A program made the translations under genes and the position numbers. Shown one piece after another: positions 61,685-64,000 of a DNA stretch of 64,000 bases. The DNA lies in the NCBI GenBank assembly GCA_041571435.1, contig JBFFUI010000001.1, positions 83,506 to 147,505 on the forward strand, in the 5' to 3' direction. This stretch comes from Sulfurimonadaceae bacterium (GTDB lineage Bacteria; Campylobacterota; Campylobacteria; Campylobacterales; Sulfurimonadaceae). Numbering within the stretch: the first letter of the stretch is position 1; every line of letters begins with the position of its first letter. The notes below the pieces were generated by a model. That model made no database searches. It was not told the origin of the DNA and saw only the letters and a list, made by a program, of their open reading frames with translations.

Positions 61685-63028
61685 TTAGAACGTCAATATA
61701 CCCATCAGGTTCAACATGACGACAAACAAGGCGACCGGTGCAATATAGCGCAGGCTGAAATACCACAGTTCAAACAGCTTGCCAAGATGCGGTCGCAACA
61801 CCGATGCAACGCGCTCTTTTTCAATAATATAACCGACAAAGATCGCCATGATTAGGCCCCCTGTCGGCAGTAAGATGGATGCCGTGACAAAGTCCATCCA
61901 GTCAAACAGATTGCGCGATCCGAAGGTCAGTGCGTCGCCGTACGCCGTCGAGTTGGACAGTAGTGCAAGAATCCCGACAAGATAGAAGAAGAGGCCCATT
62001 GCTACGGCTGCCGAGAAGCGCGTCATCTTGAAGCGGTCGATCAGATACTGGACCATCGGCTCCACCAGAGAGACGGCCGAAGTCAGTCCGGCAAAGGCAA
62101 GGGCGAAAAAGAAGAGCACTGCAAAAAAGTTGCCCAGAACACCCATCTCATAAAAGACTGCCGGCAATGAGATAAAGACCAGTCCCGGGCCGGCCGAAGG
62201 CTCGGCACCGTATTCGTACAAAAACGTGAACAGCATCAATCCGGCCAGCAGAGCGAGTCCTGTGTCGAGAGCAACGATGATAAGCGAACTTTTGACAAGA
62301 TTGCTCTCTTTCGGCAACGAAGCAGAATAGGTAAGAATGGAACCCATCCCTAACGAGAGCGTAAAAAAGGCATGCCCGACAGCGGTCACAAACGAGTCGG
62401 AAGTGAGTTTATGCCACTCAGGATAGAACATAAATACCCATGCTTTTGAGAAAGCTTCCAGGTTGAGAGCATAAAGGAACATCCCTCCGACAATGACAAA
62501 GAGCAGCGGCATCAGGATCAGGTTGAGGCGCTCGATACCGCCTTTAATCCCGCGGACCAGGACTGCCGTAACGATCACAAAGGCAACCGTGTGATAAAAT
62601 AGCTGGGTCATGACCCCTTCATGAAGCATCTCGGAAAATACCGACTCTGCTGCCGAAACGGAATCTGGCAGCTTTGTTGCTGCGACAGTGATATAGTGGA
62701 ATATCCAGCCAATCACAACCGAGTAAAACGTCATGATCAACAGGCCGGAGACGCCCATGAAACCGCCGTATTTCCATCTCGCTTTATGACGGGGGGCAAG
62801 TTCCTCAAAACTGGTAACGCTGTCCCGACGCCCAAGATAGCCGATCAGCATCTCTGCGATCATCACCGAGAAGCCGATCATCAAAACGGTGATCAAATAG
62901 ACAAAGACGAAAGCGCCGCCGCCATTTTCACCCGTTATATAAGGAAACTTCCAAATATTACCCAGGCCGACGGCACTTCCAGCAGCTGCTAAAATAAAAC
63001 CGATCCGGCTAAAACGTGCTATTTTCAT
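61685..63028 (-). CDS. Sodium-dependent transporter (NSS/SNF family)
   Basis: GSAVGLGNIWKFPY, FFTLSLG, GPGLVF. Confidence 0.92.
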   Translation of the reverse strand: MKIARFSRIGFILAAAGSAVGLGNIWKFPYITGENGGGAFVFVYLITVLMIGFSVMIAEMLIGYLGRRDSVTSFEELAPRHKARWKYGGFMGVSGLLIMTFYSVVIGWIFHYITVAATKLPDSVSAAESVFSEMLHEGVMTQLFYHTVAFVIVTAVLVRGIKGGIERLNLILMPLLFVIVGGMFLYALNLEAFSKAWVFMFYPEWHKLTSDSFVTAVGHAFFTLSLGMGSILTYSASLPKESNLVKSSLIIVALDTGLALLAGLMLFTFLYEYGAEPSAGPGLVFISLPAVFYEMGVLGNFFAVLFFFALAFAGLTSAVSLVEPMVQYLIDRFKMTRFSAAVAMGLFFYLVGILALLSNSTAYGDALTFGSRNLFDWMDFVTASILLPTGGLIMAIFVGYIIEKERVASVLRPHLGKLFELWYFSLRYIAPVALFVVMLNLMGILTF

Positions 63029-63099
63029 TAAAATTCCTATTACGTGATGTAATTATTATAAAGAAATTTCACTTTAACACTCCTCGATGCAAAAAACTA

Positions 63100-63128
63100 T
63101 TGACAAGAATAAGAAAATATCCTATAAT
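63100..63128 (+). promoter_or_regulatory. Consensus sigma70 promoter of the tRNA operon
   Basis: TTGACA-17nt-TATAAT followed by a GC-rich discriminator TCCGCC. Confidence 0.85.
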
Positions 63129-63170
63129 TCCGCCTCACTAATCTGATATTATCATTTTAGCTGAACAGGT

Positions 63171-63248
63171 CGGGGCGTAGCTCAGTATGGTTAGAGTACC
63201 TGGTTTGGGACCAGGGGGTCGAAGGTTCGAGTCCTTTCGCCCCGACCA
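63171..63248 (+). tRNA. tRNA-Pro(TGG)
   Basis: CGGGGCG...CGCCCCG-ACCA; anticodon loop TTTGGGA. Confidence 0.95.
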
Positions 63249-63276
63249 CTTTATTTCTTATTTTTTTCAAACATAT

Positions 63277-63354
63277 GGTGAGATTAGCTCAGTTGGTTAG
63301 AGCACTGGTTTGTGGTGCCGGGGGTCGCGGGTTCGAATCCCGTATCTCACCCCA
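63277..63354 (+). tRNA. tRNA-His(GTG)
   Basis: G-1 present, C73; anticodon loop TTGTGGT; CCA end. Confidence 0.93.
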
Positions 63355-63398
63355 TTGATAGAAAACAAAAATTTGAAATAATACATTTTTTACAGTGT

Positions 63399-63475
63399 GC
63401 GCCCGTGGCTCAACTGGATAGAGTAGCGGTTTTCGGCACCGCCGGTTACAGGTTCGAATCCTGTCGGGCGTACCA
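63399..63475 (+). tRNA. tRNA-Arg(TCG)
   Basis: GCGGT-TTTCGGC-ACCGC anticodon arm; CCA end. Confidence 0.93.
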
Positions 63476-63486
63476 TTAAAAAAGAC

Positions 63487-63563
<77 letters not shown>

Positions 63564-63684
63564 CTTTTTAACGTTAAATGAACAAAGTCCATTTAACTGC
63601 GCTAGACGCTAAGTCACTAAAGCTTTTGCAAACGTATTTGCAAAGAGTTATTGATTTATTTTTAATATTGTTAACAACTCACAT

Positions 63685-63769
63685 GCGGACGTGGTGGAAT
63701 TGGTAGACACGCCAGACTTAGGATCTGGTGCCTTACGGTGTGGAGGTTCAAGTCCTCTCGTCCGCACCA
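63685..63769 (+). tRNA. tRNA-Leu(TAG), copy 1
   Basis: CCAGA-CTTAGGA-TCTGG; long variable arm; CCA end. Confidence 0.95.
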
Positions 63770-63818
63770 TTATTTGATTGTTAACTTTATTTTTGATTTA
63801 TTATTGCTAAAAGCACAT

Positions 63819-63903
63819 GCGGACGTGGTGGAATTGGTAGACACGCCAGACTTAGGATCTGGTGCCTTACGGTGTGGAGGTTCAAGTCCTCTCGTCCGCA
63901 CCA
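63819..63903 (+). tRNA. tRNA-Leu(TAG), copy 2 (identical)
   Basis: Same sequence as copy 1. Confidence 0.95.
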
Positions 63904-63912
63904 TTTAAGTGT

Positions 63913-63989
<77 letters not shown>

Positions 63990-64000
63990 AATTACAAAAA

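Noticed and set aside
63399-63475. tRNA-Arg with TCG anticodon rather than ACG
   Set aside because: Normal for this phylum; useful for taxonomy but not novel.

Overview
Chromosomal window from a Campylobacterota (Epsilonproteobacteria) bacterium, probably Sulfurimonas/Sulfurimonadaceae-like. This is inferred from gene order (glmM-lspA, speE-like-coaE-dapF/purM, nifSU, rnhA-rnc-aroC, tRNA-Arg(TCG)) and was not checked against a database. Most of the window is housekeeping: thrS-infC, rpmI-rplT, rpsT-prfA, tig-clpP-def, folE, purM/N, thiG and 8 tRNAs. The standout is a 10-gene, co-oriented ~12.3 kb block next to tRNA-Val (9936-22204). It encodes synthesis of glucosylglycerate (GalU, GpgS, GpgP), its phosphorolytic breakdown (GH13_18 phosphorylase, glycerate kinase, Pgm) and a full Entner-Doudoroff pathway, with no glucokinase or sugar transporter in the cluster. 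This looks like a closed store-and-burn carbon/osmolyte cycle. Other notable items: a catalytically dead resolvase-HTH protein coupled to ccoG with a promoter palindrome; candidate thrS and rplT leader RNAs; a tRNA-Val with C33; an AT-rich Ig-domain/secreted-lipase module with a broken LVIVD tail; a YbjQ-YbjQ-M48 module; and an MlaA-MlaC-MMPL operon with shared acidic-Phe motifs. No CRISPR array, IS element or prophage was seen. All calls come from reading the sequence; no searches were run.
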